NCBI GenBank assembly: GCA_903879335.1
Contig: CAIRLC010000022.1
Location: 177,737 to 241,736 of the forward strand
Source of the DNA: an uncultured Pseudomonadota bacterium
GTDB taxonomy: Bacteria > Pseudomonadota > Gammaproteobacteria > Steroidobacterales > Steroidobacteraceae
Reading direction: 5' to 3'
Length of the DNA stretch: 64,000 nt
Shown piece after piece: positions 47,448-57,201 of this stretch. The notes beneath the pieces were generated by a model. That model did not search any database and was not told the DNA's origin. It worked only from the letters and a program-made list of their open reading frames with translations. The translations under genes were made by a program, and so were the position numbers. Position 1 is the first letter of the stretch. Every line of letters starts with the position of its first letter.

Positions 47448-47864
47448 ATGGAACGCCTAACCTTCACTGGATTTCTATTGCGATTGGCGAGCTCATTATT
47501 GCTGGTCGGCCTGACGTGGAACCCCACCGGAACCAGTTATCTGCACTGGCTCGCCTCAACATTCCCGCACATCGAGCCAACGGAAGCCGTCGTCGGACTG
47601 ATTCTCATCGGTGGCTGGACCTTCTCGATTCATGCCACTTGGCGCTCGCTTGGCCAATTCGGCGTGCTCCTTGGCATCGCGTTTTTTGGCGCTCTCGTCT
47701 GGCTACTGGCCAGTTATGACTGGATCGATCTGTCGCACGGCGGCGTGATTGAATGGTTAATGGTGGTGTTGCTGGGTTCCTTGCTCGCCGTTGGCCTGTC
47801 ATGGTCTCTGGTGCAGCGACGCATCACCGGCCAAGTTGACGTCGAAGAAGCGGGCGGACGCTAA
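47448..47864 (+). CDS. small integral membrane protein (4 predicted TM helices)
   Basis: Hydrophobic helices are present: FLLRLASSLLLVGL, VVGLILIGGW, VLLGIAFFGALVWLL and LMVVLLGSLLAVGL. The family was not confidently recognised. Confidence 0.6.
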   Translation: MERLTFTGFLLRLASSLLLVGLTWNPTGTSYLHWLASTFPHIEPTEAVVGLILIGGWTFSIHATWRSLGQFGVLLGIAFFGALVWLLASYDWIDLSHGGVIEWLMVVLLGSLLAVGLSWSLVQRRITGQVDVEEAGGR

Positions 47865-47869
47865 TTCGC

Positions 47870-48391
47870 ATGACTAAGCCAACTCGGCTGTACACCGGAC
47901 GCATCATCACACTAGACGTGGAACAGGTGACGCTCCCCAATGGCGCGAATGCACGTTTCGAAATCGTAGGCCACCCTGGAGGTGCCGCCGTTGTACCGGT
48001 TGATGACCGAGGTCGCGTCTGCATGGTTCGCCAGTATCGCCACGTGACTGGCGGCTGGCTCTGGGAAGTGCCGGCGGGCAAGTTGGATGGCCGGGAACCG
48101 ATTGATACAGCGATCAATGAACTCGCTGAAGAAGCAGGGTTGGTTGCCGGCCACCTTGAGCCACTCGGTCCGATGTGGGCATCACCCGGAATATTTACGG
48201 AAATCGTGCATCTATTTTTAGCGACGGATTTGCATGCGGTCACCGCCCGACCCGAGTACGACGAAGTCATCGAAGTACACTGGATGCCCATGCAAACAGC
48301 GATCGCCGCGGCACTCGACGGCTCCTTTTGCGATGCTAAAACAGTGATCGCGATCTTACGCGCCGCTCATCACCTCGGTTTCAGTCGCTAG
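47870..48391 (+). CDS. NUDIX hydrolase (ADP-ribose pyrophosphatase-like)
   Basis: The Nudix box reads GKLDGREPIDTAINELAEEAGLV. Confidence 0.85.
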   Translation: MTKPTRLYTGRIITLDVEQVTLPNGANARFEIVGHPGGAAVVPVDDRGRVCMVRQYRHVTGGWLWEVPAGKLDGREPIDTAINELAEEAGLVAGHLEPLGPMWASPGIFTEIVHLFLATDLHAVTARPEYDEVIEVHWMPMQTAIAAALDGSFCDAKTVIAILRAAHHLGFSR

Positions 48392-49083
48392 AGCGCAGAC
48401 TCCACGCGAGAGACCAAATCGTTCATGTCCTTGATTTCGATATCGGGCTTAGCAAATTCGCGCGGCCACTGGGCTTCGGTTCGGTTCATCCAGACCGATA
48501 CAAGGCCCGCCCGTTGGGCGCCCACAACGTCCGCCTCCGGATCATCTCCGACATGCCAAATCTCAGCTGGCGCAACACCCGCAGCCGCGACAAGCGCCGA
48601 AAAGATCCGCGGATCTGGCTTTGCATACCCGATGGCTGCAGGCTCGAAGGACCCCACGAAATGCTCCCCTAAACCGACCCGATGCACACAGGCATTTCCA
48701 TTCGTGAGGGCATAGACCGGCAACCGGCGCGCCAGCCAAGCTAGCGCGCCCGGAACTTCGGCAAACGGATCGATTCGATTGCGCGCGGCTATAAAGACCT
48801 CGAAGGCATCGGACGCCAGCGATTCTGGATAGCCCAGATCCATCGCCACCCGCCGCAAAGATTCAGTGCGAATAAAGGTGAAATCGTGGGATCGATGCGG
48901 CAACTCCGCGACCACCGCAGCCCGCAACTGAGCCAATGAGGCCCGATCATGCCGCTCGGCGATACGCGGGGCATGCGCCTCCAACCAGCGCTGCAAGCTG
49001 GCTTCGGCCTGCTCCAGTACAGGCGGGGTATCCCAGAGGGTATTGTCTAAGTCGAGCGAAATAGCCCGTGGCGGTCGTGTCAT
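48388..49083 (-). CDS. HAD-superfamily hydrolase
   Basis: Motif I is ISLDLDNTLWD. The late motif is ...WHVGDDPEADVVGAQRAG.... The start is taken at MTRPPRA. Confidence 0.8.
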   Translation of the reverse strand: MTRPPRAISLDLDNTLWDTPPVLEQAEASLQRWLEAHAPRIAERHDRASLAQLRAAVVAELPHRSHDFTFIRTESLRRVAMDLGYPESLASDAFEVFIAARNRIDPFAEVPGALAWLARRLPVYALTNGNACVHRVGLGEHFVGSFEPAAIGYAKPDPRIFSALVAAAGVAPAEIWHVGDDPEADVVGAQRAGLVSVWMNRTEAQWPREFAKPDIEIKDMNDLVSRVESAL

Positions 49084-49105
49084 GGAGGGATTATCCTGCC
49101 CCCGC

Positions 49106-50068
49106 ATGACTACCGCCATCTCTATCCGCAAGTCCCCGATCGTCATCGCACACCGCGGCGCCTCGGGCTACCTTCCTGAACACACCTTGGTTGCCAAAGC
49201 GTATGCCCACGCCGCCGGCGCAGACTATCTTGAACAGGACGTCGTACTGACACGGGACGACATTCCCGTGGTATTCCACGACCTCGTTCTCGAAGAAGTC
49301 ACAAACGTCGCCGAGCGCTTTGCGGACCGGCGTAGGGCCGATGGTCACTGGTATGTCATTGACCTCGATTTTGCGGAACTGCAAACGTTGCAAGTCCACG
49401 AACGGGTGATCCCATCAACCGGGGACGCGGTATACCTGAAACGATTTCATGAACGTCTAGACCTTCGTATCCGCTCACTGGCGGAAGAATTAAGTTTCAT
49501 CCGCGGCTTGAACGCGGCAACGGGCCGCCACGCGGGGATCTACACGGAAGTTAAAAGTCCCGCTTGGCACCGCGCTGAGGGTAAAGACTCGAGCCCAATC
49601 ATTCTCAAGACTCTCGCAGAATTCGGCTACGTTGGTCCCGACGATGACGTATGGCTGCAGTGCTTCGATGCCAAAGAACTCTTACGCATCAAACATGAAC
49701 TCGGATGCCGTCTGAAGCTGGTGCAACTGATCGGCGAAAATGACTGGCTTGAGTCAGACAATGATTACGATGCAATGCGCTCACCTGCCGGGCTTGCCGA
49801 CATTGCCCGCTATGCCAGCGGCATCGGCCCGTGGATCCCCCATATCGTCACCTGGGCACAGAGCGGCGCGCAGCCTGAATACTCGACGTTGGTCCGCGAT
49901 GCCCATGGGGTCGGTCTTGAAGTCCATCCGTATACGTTCCGCATCGATGATTTGCCGGAAGGTGCGCCCGATGTTGAATCGGCACATCGATCGCTATTCG
50001 ATGTGGCGGGCATCGATGGACTCTTTACCGATTTCAGTGATGTCACGCTGCGCTTGTTAGGACGCTGA
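49106..50068 (+). CDS. glpQ: glycerophosphodiester phosphodiesterase (GlpQ type, no signal peptide seen)
   Basis: The sequence IVIAHRGASGYLPEHTLVAKAYAHAAGADYLEQDVVLTRDDIPVVFHD...DGHWYVIDLDFAELQTL matches the E. coli GlpQ core closely. Confidence 0.85.
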   Translation: MTTAISIRKSPIVIAHRGASGYLPEHTLVAKAYAHAAGADYLEQDVVLTRDDIPVVFHDLVLEEVTNVAERFADRRRADGHWYVIDLDFAELQTLQVHERVIPSTGDAVYLKRFHERLDLRIRSLAEELSFIRGLNAATGRHAGIYTEVKSPAWHRAEGKDSSPIILKTLAEFGYVGPDDDVWLQCFDAKELLRIKHELGCRLKLVQLIGENDWLESDNDYDAMRSPAGLADIARYASGIGPWIPHIVTWAQSGAQPEYSTLVRDAHGVGLEVHPYTFRIDDLPEGAPDVESAHRSLFDVAGIDGLFTDFSDVTLRLLGR

Positions 50069-50070
50069 CG

Positions 50071-50730
50071 ATGAGTGACCGTCCATTACTGGTCATCGGC
50101 AATCGCAATTACAGTTCGTGGTCGTTGCGCCCTTGGATTTTGGCGCAGCATCTCGAGTTGGCGCTTGATGTCCATCGAATCGAACTGGACACACCGAACT
50201 TCCGCTCGGAGGCCTTAAGGCACTCACCAACCGGACGCGTACCTGTGCTCATCCACGGCGATCTGGTCATCCCTGAATCGATTGCGATCATGGAGTACTT
50301 GTCCGAACTTGCCGAAGCAAGGGGCTGGCCCGCATCTCGTGTGCAACGTGCCGAAGCACGATCGGTGGCTGCAGAAATGCACGGCGGCTTTGCCGCACTC
50401 CGCGCAAGCTATCCGATGAATATCAGGGCTCCCCAACGACGGATCGCGATGACCCCAGCACTTGCAAAAGACATCTCGCGCGTGAGCGAGATCCTTGAGC
50501 GCGCCAACTTAGGGCATGACGAGGCGCCCTGGCTATTCGGTCGCTACTGTGCCGCCGATGCCATGTTCTTACCCGTGGCTTTCCGTTTTAAAACCTATGG
50601 AATGAACGGGCTGTCCGCCGAGGCGGCGGCCTATGTCGAACAGGCCACCGCTGACCCAAGGGCAGCTGAATGGGTCGCAATGGCTCACGCTGAAGTGGAA
50701 ACACTAGAGCAGGAAGAAGTCGGGTGCTAA
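50071..50730 (+). CDS. glutathione S-transferase family protein
   Basis: The N-terminal thioredoxin-like region reads ...NYSSWSLRPW...GRVPVLIHGDLVIPESIAIMEYL. Confidence 0.8.
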   Translation: MSDRPLLVIGNRNYSSWSLRPWILAQHLELALDVHRIELDTPNFRSEALRHSPTGRVPVLIHGDLVIPESIAIMEYLSELAEARGWPASRVQRAEARSVAAEMHGGFAALRASYPMNIRAPQRRIAMTPALAKDISRVSEILERANLGHDEAPWLFGRYCAADAMFLPVAFRFKTYGMNGLSAEAAAYVEQATADPRAAEWVAMAHAEVETLEQEEVGC

Positions 50731-51539
50731 TCGAGCACCTGCACCGAATCACCCAGCGCCAATCGTGACGCTGATTGGCCTAAGACTAACGCGTTCACGC
50801 CGAACGTGACGCCCTTCAAGGTTCGATCGTAACGAAAAGACTTCAAGACCGGCGTTGGATCAAGCGCCCACTCGCCACTCAAATGATCGCGCGCTGGGAT
50901 GCTACAGCGTGTGCACGGCTTCACCAATAACAGTTCCACCTCACCACAACGAATGTGGCGGATATCGTCCTCGGCAAAGGCCGGCCAGCCCTCGATCACA
51001 AGATTCGGTCGGAAGCGCGCCATCGGAATCGGAGACGGCAGTCGTTGGTTCAAATCGTCGAGCGAGGCCTGATTCGCGATCAATATTGGGAAGCCATCGG
51101 CAAAAGAAATCGGCAGGTCTTCACGACTTGCATAGGTCGGATCGACCGGTCGGATCGTTTCAGGCGGCATCCAAACCAGGCGCAATTGAGCCTTAAGTGC
51201 AGCCGAAAGGAAGCGTGCTGCGACATCACCGGCATCCCGGGCTCGCACGGGATCTCCCCAAACGTCGACATCGCACCAATCGCCGAATTGCGGGATGGCC
51301 ACCTCTATAGAACCGTGGCCGTCGAACGTCAGGGCGAGACCTTTAAGCGTGTAGACAGCGATCAATTGTGCCATCTGCGGCAACGTGCGCTGCGATGCGA
51401 AACGACCTCGCGTGTCGACCAGCATCCAATCGCGATCACCCATGAGCCCCCGCTGCCCGACCGCGCTCGTTTTCAGCGCAATAGCACGGGCAGATTTAAC
51501 TGGGTAAATCGACAGCTCCGTGAGACGCGCGATAGCCAT
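50727..51539 (-). CDS. MOSC-domain protein (YcbX-like, no ferredoxin domain)
   Basis: The N-terminal beta-barrel reads ...LSIYPVKSARA.... The MOSC core contains the conserved Cys (...KPCTRCSIP...). The start overlaps the apt stop as TGATG. Confidence 0.8.
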   Translation of the reverse strand: MAIARLTELSIYPVKSARAIALKTSAVGQRGLMGDRDWMLVDTRGRFASQRTLPQMAQLIAVYTLKGLALTFDGHGSIEVAIPQFGDWCDVDVWGDPVRARDAGDVAARFLSAALKAQLRLVWMPPETIRPVDPTYASREDLPISFADGFPILIANQASLDDLNQRLPSPIPMARFRPNLVIEGWPAFAEDDIRHIRCGEVELLLVKPCTRCSIPARDHLSGEWALDPTPVLKSFRYDRTLKGVTFGVNALVLGQSASRLALGDSVQVLD

Positions 51540-52051
51540 CAGATCGACAATACGGATTGAATTCGACGGCCAGGCAATCGAGAGCGTCCGTCCAAAAACA
51601 CCAATTCCAATAAGAAAGCACAACCCACGACTTCACCGCCCAGTTTTTCAATCAACTCAAGCGCGGCGGACGCGGTCCCTCCAGTAGCCAGTACGTCGTC
51701 GACAACCAGAATGCGCCGTTTCCCTTTAAACGCGTCCCGGTGCGCTTCGAGAGTCGCGTGACCGTATTCCAAGTCGTAACTGACCGCTGCCGTCGCACCG
51801 GGTAACTTGCCCGGCTTACGGAGCGGCACAAAACCGCAAGCCAACTCTTTGGCGGCTAAGGCGCCGAAGATAAACCCGCGCGCCTCCATCCCAGCGACCA
51901 GGTCGATTGGTTCGCCACGAAACGGCGCGACCAGGCGCGCAATAGAGTCATCCAGGGCCGCCGGATCGGCCATCAAGGGCGTCAGATCCTTGAACATGAC
52001 CCCGGGCTTCGGGAAGTCCGGCACATCACGAATGTATTCGAATAACTTCAT
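51539..52051 (-). CDS. apt: adenine phosphoribosyltransferase
   Basis: The protein reads ...IRDVPDFPKPGVMFKDLTPL... and carries the PRPP loop VLVVDDVLATGGTA. Confidence 0.93.
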   Translation of the reverse strand: MKLFEYIRDVPDFPKPGVMFKDLTPLMADPAALDDSIARLVAPFRGEPIDLVAGMEARGFIFGALAAKELACGFVPLRKPGKLPGATAAVSYDLEYGHATLEAHRDAFKGKRRILVVDDVLATGGTASAALELIEKLGGEVVGCAFLLELVFLDGRSRLPGRRIQSVLSI

Positions 52052-52054
52052 TGA

Positions 52055-53089
52055 TCAATCTCCGCCCACCCGCCAGGTGGCCTGATAACCCATCCCTAAA
52101 GACAGGATCCGCGCCAGCAGCGCATCGTAACTGAGCCCCGCCGTTTGGGCAGCGCGTGCATAAACCTCTTCCTGCGACAAAATCGGATTGGCATTCGCCT
52201 CCAGGGCAAAAATTCGGCCGTCACGACGCACTCGAAAATCGACTCGTGCGTAGCCCGTCAGATGCAAAGCACGACAAATTCGTCGCGCAAGCCGATGTAG
52301 TTCCGCAATCACCGAATCCGGAAGATCTTGCGCCGCTTCCGTGAAAATTCCGTGACGAGCCTGATACCGTCGATCCCACTTCACGCGTCGTGTCGCGATC
52401 GGGGCGCGGCCATCACTCAATAGGCCGAATTTCAGCTCCCAAATGGGAAGCGTTGTCAGCCGATCGTTCCCTAGAACGCCGACATAGATCTCACGACCCT
52501 CTATGTATTCCTCAACCAATGCATCACTTGAGTTCTGCTCGTGCACAAATTCGATGCGCTGGCGCAAACTCGATGCGTCATGACAGATTGATGCTTGCGC
52601 GATGCCGAGTGACGCATCATCAGTCGCCGATTTTACAAAAAGGGGATAGCGCAACTTCGCCGGCACTTGGATGCGCTTACCACGCGGAAAGATCGCGAAC
52701 TTTGGACTTGGAATACGGTGATAAGACAGGAGCTGTTTCGTCAGCACCTTGTCGCGTGAGAGCATCAGTCCGCGCGGATTGCAGCCGGTGTAGGGCTGCC
52801 TCATCAGCTCAAGAAATGAGACGACATGATGATCTTGTTCGACCAACCCGTCGAATTCCTCAAGCAAGTTAAAAACCACGTCTGGACGCCACTCCTGAAT
52901 AGTGGATTTCAACGAGGTCAGACTGTCATATACTCCCAAACACCGCACATCATGCCCCGCAGCTTTTAGGTGCGTCACGACGTCGTATTCCGTTCGCCAT
53001 TCGTCAACCACTCGCTGCGCCAGCCCATCAATCGAGTCGGGGGGCACGAGACTTTCGTGCATGATCATCAGGATTTTTTGTTTTTTCAT
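52055..53089 (-). CDS. D-Ala-D-Ala-ligase-like ATP-grasp protein of unknown substrate
   Basis: The ATP-grasp core reads ...PLFVKSATDDASLGI..., ...EEYIEGREIYVGVLG... and ...RVDFRVRRDGRIFALEANANP.... The start is taken at MKKQKILMIM. A GTG alternative lies at 53116. Confidence 0.75.
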   Translation of the reverse strand: MKKQKILMIMHESLVPPDSIDGLAQRVVDEWRTEYDVVTHLKAAGHDVRCLGVYDSLTSLKSTIQEWRPDVVFNLLEEFDGLVEQDHHVVSFLELMRQPYTGCNPRGLMLSRDKVLTKQLLSYHRIPSPKFAIFPRGKRIQVPAKLRYPLFVKSATDDASLGIAQASICHDASSLRQRIEFVHEQNSSDALVEEYIEGREIYVGVLGNDRLTTLPIWELKFGLLSDGRAPIATRRVKWDRRYQARHGIFTEAAQDLPDSVIAELHRLARRICRALHLTGYARVDFRVRRDGRIFALEANANPILSQEEVYARAAQTAGLSYDALLARILSLGMGYQATWRVGGD

Positions 53090-53150
53090 AAGCTCGGCGT
53101 GCGCAGTAGCGTGCACGACGGGCCTATCGAAAGGCCATGGCCGAGATCAA

Positions 53151-54131
53151 TCATCGCGAAACCTCCAAAGACTCATCGAGTAGCCGAGTCAATGAAGACA
53201 CGAGCAGACGATCCGCAATGACTTCGATGCGCTCCCGCTCAAACAACGCGTCCAGCCAATGCGATGGAAGTGAACGTGCTCCGTACAAGGCGCCAGCCAG
53301 TGCGCCCGTCGCGGCGCCTTGGATGTCGGACTGGCCACCGGTATTAATGGCGGCGAGTAAGTGCGCTTTGAATGACGATCCCGCGGTGAGCGATCCACAG
53401 ACGACCCAATACGTGCCCACGGCGTCCCCGCGCGCACTTCCGGCTTGAACGGGATCCACCTGCTGACGCCACTGTTGCAGCGGGCTTTCCGCTTTTTCAC
53501 CCACGGCAGATTGAGCGTCGATGGTGTCAGAGGACGTGAGCGGCGGCGCCAACAACCGATCATGCGACACGCCGTCTAAAGCATTCAAAATTAAACTCAT
53601 ATAGGCATCGGCCGCGTGTAGCACTAAGGCGGATGGGTGCGTCAGCCGAGTCAAGTCACCGACCATGTGGCGCGCAGACTCAGCATCACCCAGACCAAAG
53701 GCCGCAGCAATGGCTACTCGCGGGAACGGCTCTCCATCCATCGCATTGATGTCGGCCATTCCAGGCCGCCGGGATAGCGCAGAGGCAAGTGCAGCTGAGA
53801 TTCCCAAGCATTGCGCAGTAGCCGCTCCCTCCCCTGACTGTCGCCAGCGAGTCCATCGAGCCCCAATATCCTCCACGCTAAATCGACCCATAGCGATGAA
53901 GGACTCTGCGCAGTGCAAGGCCGTCGCTGCGTCATCAGTCCACGCTCCTCGAGGTATATCGAAGGGCCCACCTCCCAAGAGGTCCGCCACCCGATTAAAG
54001 GTCCCCGGTCGTCGATGCTGCAGCGTAGATCCTAATGCATCCCCTAAGGCCAAGCCGAGAAGCAGGCCGCGGAACCGGTCGCGAAGCTGCTCGGCCGCTT
54101 CGTGATCGGACAACGACGTGGCAAGGCTCAT
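53151..54131 (-). CDS. ADP-ribosylglycohydrolase family protein (atypical C-terminal metal motif)
   Basis: The motifs [21 protein letters not shown] and a C-terminal ...[22 protein letters not shown]... are present. The start overlaps the ttcA stop as ATGA. Confidence 0.8.
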   Translation of the reverse strand: MSLATSLSDHEAAEQLRDRFRGLLLGLALGDALGSTLQHRRPGTFNRVADLLGGGPFDIPRGAWTDDAATALHCAESFIAMGRFSVEDIGARWTRWRQSGEGAATAQCLGISAALASALSRRPGMADINAMDGEPFPRVAIAAAFGLGDAESARHMVGDLTRLTHPSALVLHAADAYMSLILNALDGVSHDRLLAPPLTSSDTIDAQSAVGEKAESPLQQWRQQVDPVQAGSARGDAVGTYWVVCGSLTAGSSFKAHLLAAINTGGQSDIQGAATGALAGALYGARSLPSHWLDALFERERIEVIADRLLVSSLTRLLDESLEVSR

Positions 54132-54988
54132 AACGGCTCAGCCGCCTCACGCCGGGCATCAAGCCCGAGGAAATCAAACAGATTGGGATCTGCCAACTGG
54201 GACGGCTGCACATCACGTAAAGCTGCGAAGATCGATTCGATTCGGCCCGGAAATTCGCGCTCCCAAGATGTCAGCATGCGCCCAATCACCTCACGCTGTA
54301 AGTTGGTTTGTGAACCACACAGCGTGCATGGAATGATCGGAAATTCGCGCGCTCGTGCGTATCGGGCGATGTCGCGCTCAGGCACATAAGCCATTGGCCG
54401 GATCACGATGTGACGCCCGTCGTCGGAGAGCAACTTGGGCGGCATCGCTTTAAGCTTGCCGCCGTGAAAGAGATTGAGGAATAGCGTTTCGAGAATGTCA
54501 TCGCGATGATGACCGAGCGCGATTTTCGTAATCCCGTTTTCATCAGCCCACCGGTATAAGGCGCCACGACGCATTCGTGAGCAAAGGCTGCACATCGTGC
54601 GCCCCTCAGGGATGAGTCGCTTCACGACAGAATAGGTGTCTTGCTCGATGACGTGCCATGACACCCCAAGCGAGGTGAGGTAGTCGGGCAAAACATGCTC
54701 CGGGAAGCCGGGCTGCTTTTGATCGAGATTGACCGCAATCAAGTCGAACTTAACCGGCGCACTGCGCTGCAGCGACAGCAAAAGATCCAGCATCGTGTAC
54801 GAGTCTTTGCCGCCCGAGAGACAGACCATCACTCGGTCGCCGTCTTGAATCATGCCGTACTCTGAAATGGCCTTACCCACGAGACCGCGCAATTCGGCTT
54901 GGAGCTTTTTGAAGGTTTTCGATGGACGGGTCTCGACGGCTGGACCCTTCTGCGAATCGTCTTGCGCTCGTATATCCACGATCGGCAT
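54128..54988 (-). CDS. ttcA: tRNA 2-thiocytidine(32) synthetase
   Basis: The PP-loop ([10 protein letters not shown]) and Cys motifs ([16 protein letters not shown]) are present. The protein is colinear with E. coli TtcA. Confidence 0.9.
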   Translation of the reverse strand: MPIVDIRAQDDSQKGPAVETRPSKTFKKLQAELRGLVGKAISEYGMIQDGDRVMVCLSGGKDSYTMLDLLLSLQRSAPVKFDLIAVNLDQKQPGFPEHVLPDYLTSLGVSWHVIEQDTYSVVKRLIPEGRTMCSLCSRMRRGALYRWADENGITKIALGHHRDDILETLFLNLFHGGKLKAMPPKLLSDDGRHIVIRPMAYVPERDIARYARAREFPIIPCTLCGSQTNLQREVIGRMLTSWEREFPGRIESIFAALRDVQPSQLADPNLFDFLGLDARREAAEPL

Positions 54989-56487
54989 CAGCGTGGCTCG
55001 AGGTACTTTGCTTCGAGATAGCGCAGCGCCGGTAGCGCCGACAACGGCTGCCCCGTCGCGTCCTTCACCAGATCTTGTACGTTAGAGCGAGCGCCGACGC
55101 CATGGACGTTCATGCGCAACCATTGATTGAGTGCCGTGAAATCGCCGCAGGCAATGGCGGCATCCAAATCGTCTACATCGTTGCGGATCGCCTCCCATAA
55201 TTGCATGGCGATCAGTCCGCCGAGCGCGTGGGCTGGGAAGTATGCGAATTGGCCGACGGCCCAATGGTCGTCCTGCAGGCATCCGTCGCCGTCGTCTTTA
55301 GGCCGCACGCCTAAGCGCGATTCTGCTGCCGTGTTCCAAGCCTCGGCCAGGTGCGCCACATCCAACTTCCCAGAAATCAAATCCCGCTCTAAATCGCAAC
55401 GCAGCAGCACATGTGGCAAGTAAGTCAACTCATCGGCATCGATTCGCAACGGACTCGCATGAACGCGCGTTAAGTGTCGGTACAGATTGTCGACTTCCCA
55501 CGCCGCGCCGCTGGCACCGAGATGTCGGTCGATCATTGGTTTGAGGAAAGTCAGAAATGGGCGGCCGCGGACCACACACATTTCAAGCAGCAGAGACTGG
55601 CTCTCCTCCAGCGCCAAGCCGCGACTTCGTCCCACCGGCTGATCGCGCCATTCAGGAGGGAGTCCCAGTTGGTATAGCGCATGGCCAGTCTCATGTAGCG
55701 CGGCCAGCAAGCCGTGAAACGGATCGGCCAACTCAAAATGCGTCGTGACCCGCAGGTCACCGGACACGCCTTCGGTGAATGAATGCTCGGACTCATCCAA
55801 CCGGCCGCGCTCAAATGGGAACCCAAGCGCCTTCATGGCTTCGACGCACAGCGCTCGCTGGCGACTTGAGCTGAACCGGCCTTCGATTGGCAGCGGTGCA
55901 GCGTTTGTTTGGAGCTGAAGACTCTCTTGGATCAAGGCGGGTAGCCGACGCCCGAGGGTCTTGAATAAGGGGTCGATGGCCGCTGTTAGAACGCCAGGAC
56001 TGAACTCATCCAATAAGGCGTCGTACGGATCAAGCCCAAGATGCTGTCCAAGGAGAGCGGCTCTGTCGCGCGTCAGCGCAACGACTTCCGCGAGATACGG
56101 CGCGACCTCAGCGTATCGGCGATTGCGGCGAGCTTCTGCCCAGTGCACTTCGGCGCGCGCCGTCGCCTTGGCGAGGCGTGAGATCAGCGCGTTCGGCATG
56201 GCCAAGGAGTGGTCTCGTTGGCGCCGCATCTCGCGCAAGTTCGCCACCTGCCAATCCTCAAGCCCATCGACGCTGGCCTGCGCCCGGTCAATCAACCGAG
56301 ACACTTTGGGGGAGGTGAGGATGAGGTGACACTCAGTCTCAAGAGCGGCTAACTGTTCACCGCGGACATCAGCGCTCCCACTCGGCATGACGACCGCCGC
56401 ATCCCAGCGCAGGATAGCGAGTGCGCCCCGAAAGGCGTGTAGGCGTCTGAACTCGTCCTCGAGTTGCTGATAGGGACTGGCAGCCAT
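54988..56487 (-). CDS. M32 family (Taq-type) metallocarboxypeptidase
   Basis: The motif HETGHALY (HExxH) is present. The M32 blocks ...[10 protein letters not shown]... and ...[17 protein letters not shown]... are also present. Confidence 0.88.
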   Translation of the reverse strand: MAASPYQQLEDEFRRLHAFRGALAILRWDAAVVMPSGSADVRGEQLAALETECHLILTSPKVSRLIDRAQASVDGLEDWQVANLREMRRQRDHSLAMPNALISRLAKATARAEVHWAEARRNRRYAEVAPYLAEVVALTRDRAALLGQHLGLDPYDALLDEFSPGVLTAAIDPLFKTLGRRLPALIQESLQLQTNAAPLPIEGRFSSSRQRALCVEAMKALGFPFERGRLDESEHSFTEGVSGDLRVTTHFELADPFHGLLAALHETGHALYQLGLPPEWRDQPVGRSRGLALEESQSLLLEMCVVRGRPFLTFLKPMIDRHLGASGAAWEVDNLYRHLTRVHASPLRIDADELTYLPHVLLRCDLERDLISGKLDVAHLAEAWNTAAESRLGVRPKDDGDGCLQDDHWAVGQFAYFPAHALGGLIAMQLWEAIRNDVDDLDAAIACGDFTALNQWLRMNVHGVGARSNVQDLVKDATGQPLSALPALRYLEAKYLEPR

Positions 56488-56686
56488 GATTCCTCGTCAT
56501 CCAATCACTCGCCCATCGGGGGCACCGCCCCTCGCGGGAGGGTTTCGGCTGGATTGAAGACCCAGAGAGTCTACCTCAAGCGCCGCAAAAACGCCCCCTG
56601 CACACACTCAATAGACTGTTTTTTATAAAGAATTGTGCGTTGCGCCCGCTTATCGCGGACGCAAGCCAGACATCAATACGGACACT

Positions 56687-57154
56687 TCAGAAGTAGTAGC
56701 GCATCAGAATTTCAGCGATGCACGCCGGCTTACGCTCTCCCTCGATCTCCATCGTGAATTCTTCAGTGAGCATGAAACCACCCTTAAAATCGTCGATGGC
56801 CACCAACTTAGAGCGACCACGAACTCGAGCGCCCACTTTGACGGCGTTCGTGAAGCGCAGTTTATTCAGACCGTAGTTGATCACTTGCCGAAGTCCCGGA
56901 AAGGCCGGGCGGCCTTCTTCAACAATCCCGCGAATCATCGGATAAAGCGACAGCGTGAGATAGCCGTGCGCGATCGTTGTCTGCCAAGGCGACTCAGCCG
57001 CAGCACGGACCGGATCGGTATGAATCCATTGATGGTCGTCCGTCGCAGTCGCAAAGGCATTCACCCGCTCTTGGGTAATCTCAACCCAGTCGCTGACATG
57101 CAGATCGTGCCCAATTTGATGGTCCAGTTCTGCTCGCACGGTTTCTAGGGACAT
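56687..57154 (-). CDS. MaoC-like (R)-specific enoyl-CoA hydratase, PhaJ-like
   Basis: The hot-dog fold motif reads ...FATATDDHQWIHTDP...IAHGYLTLS.... It lies directly downstream of phaC. Confidence 0.8.
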   Translation of the reverse strand: MSLETVRAELDHQIGHDLHVSDWVEITQERVNAFATATDDHQWIHTDPVRAAAESPWQTTIAHGYLTLSLYPMIRGIVEEGRPAFPGLRQVINYGLNKLRFTNAVKVGARVRGRSKLVAIDDFKGGFMLTEEFTMEIEGERKPACIAEILMRYYF

Positions 57155-57201
57155 GAGACACCTCCAACAAATAAGGCGTGGATCATAGCCGATGCCTTTG
57201 A

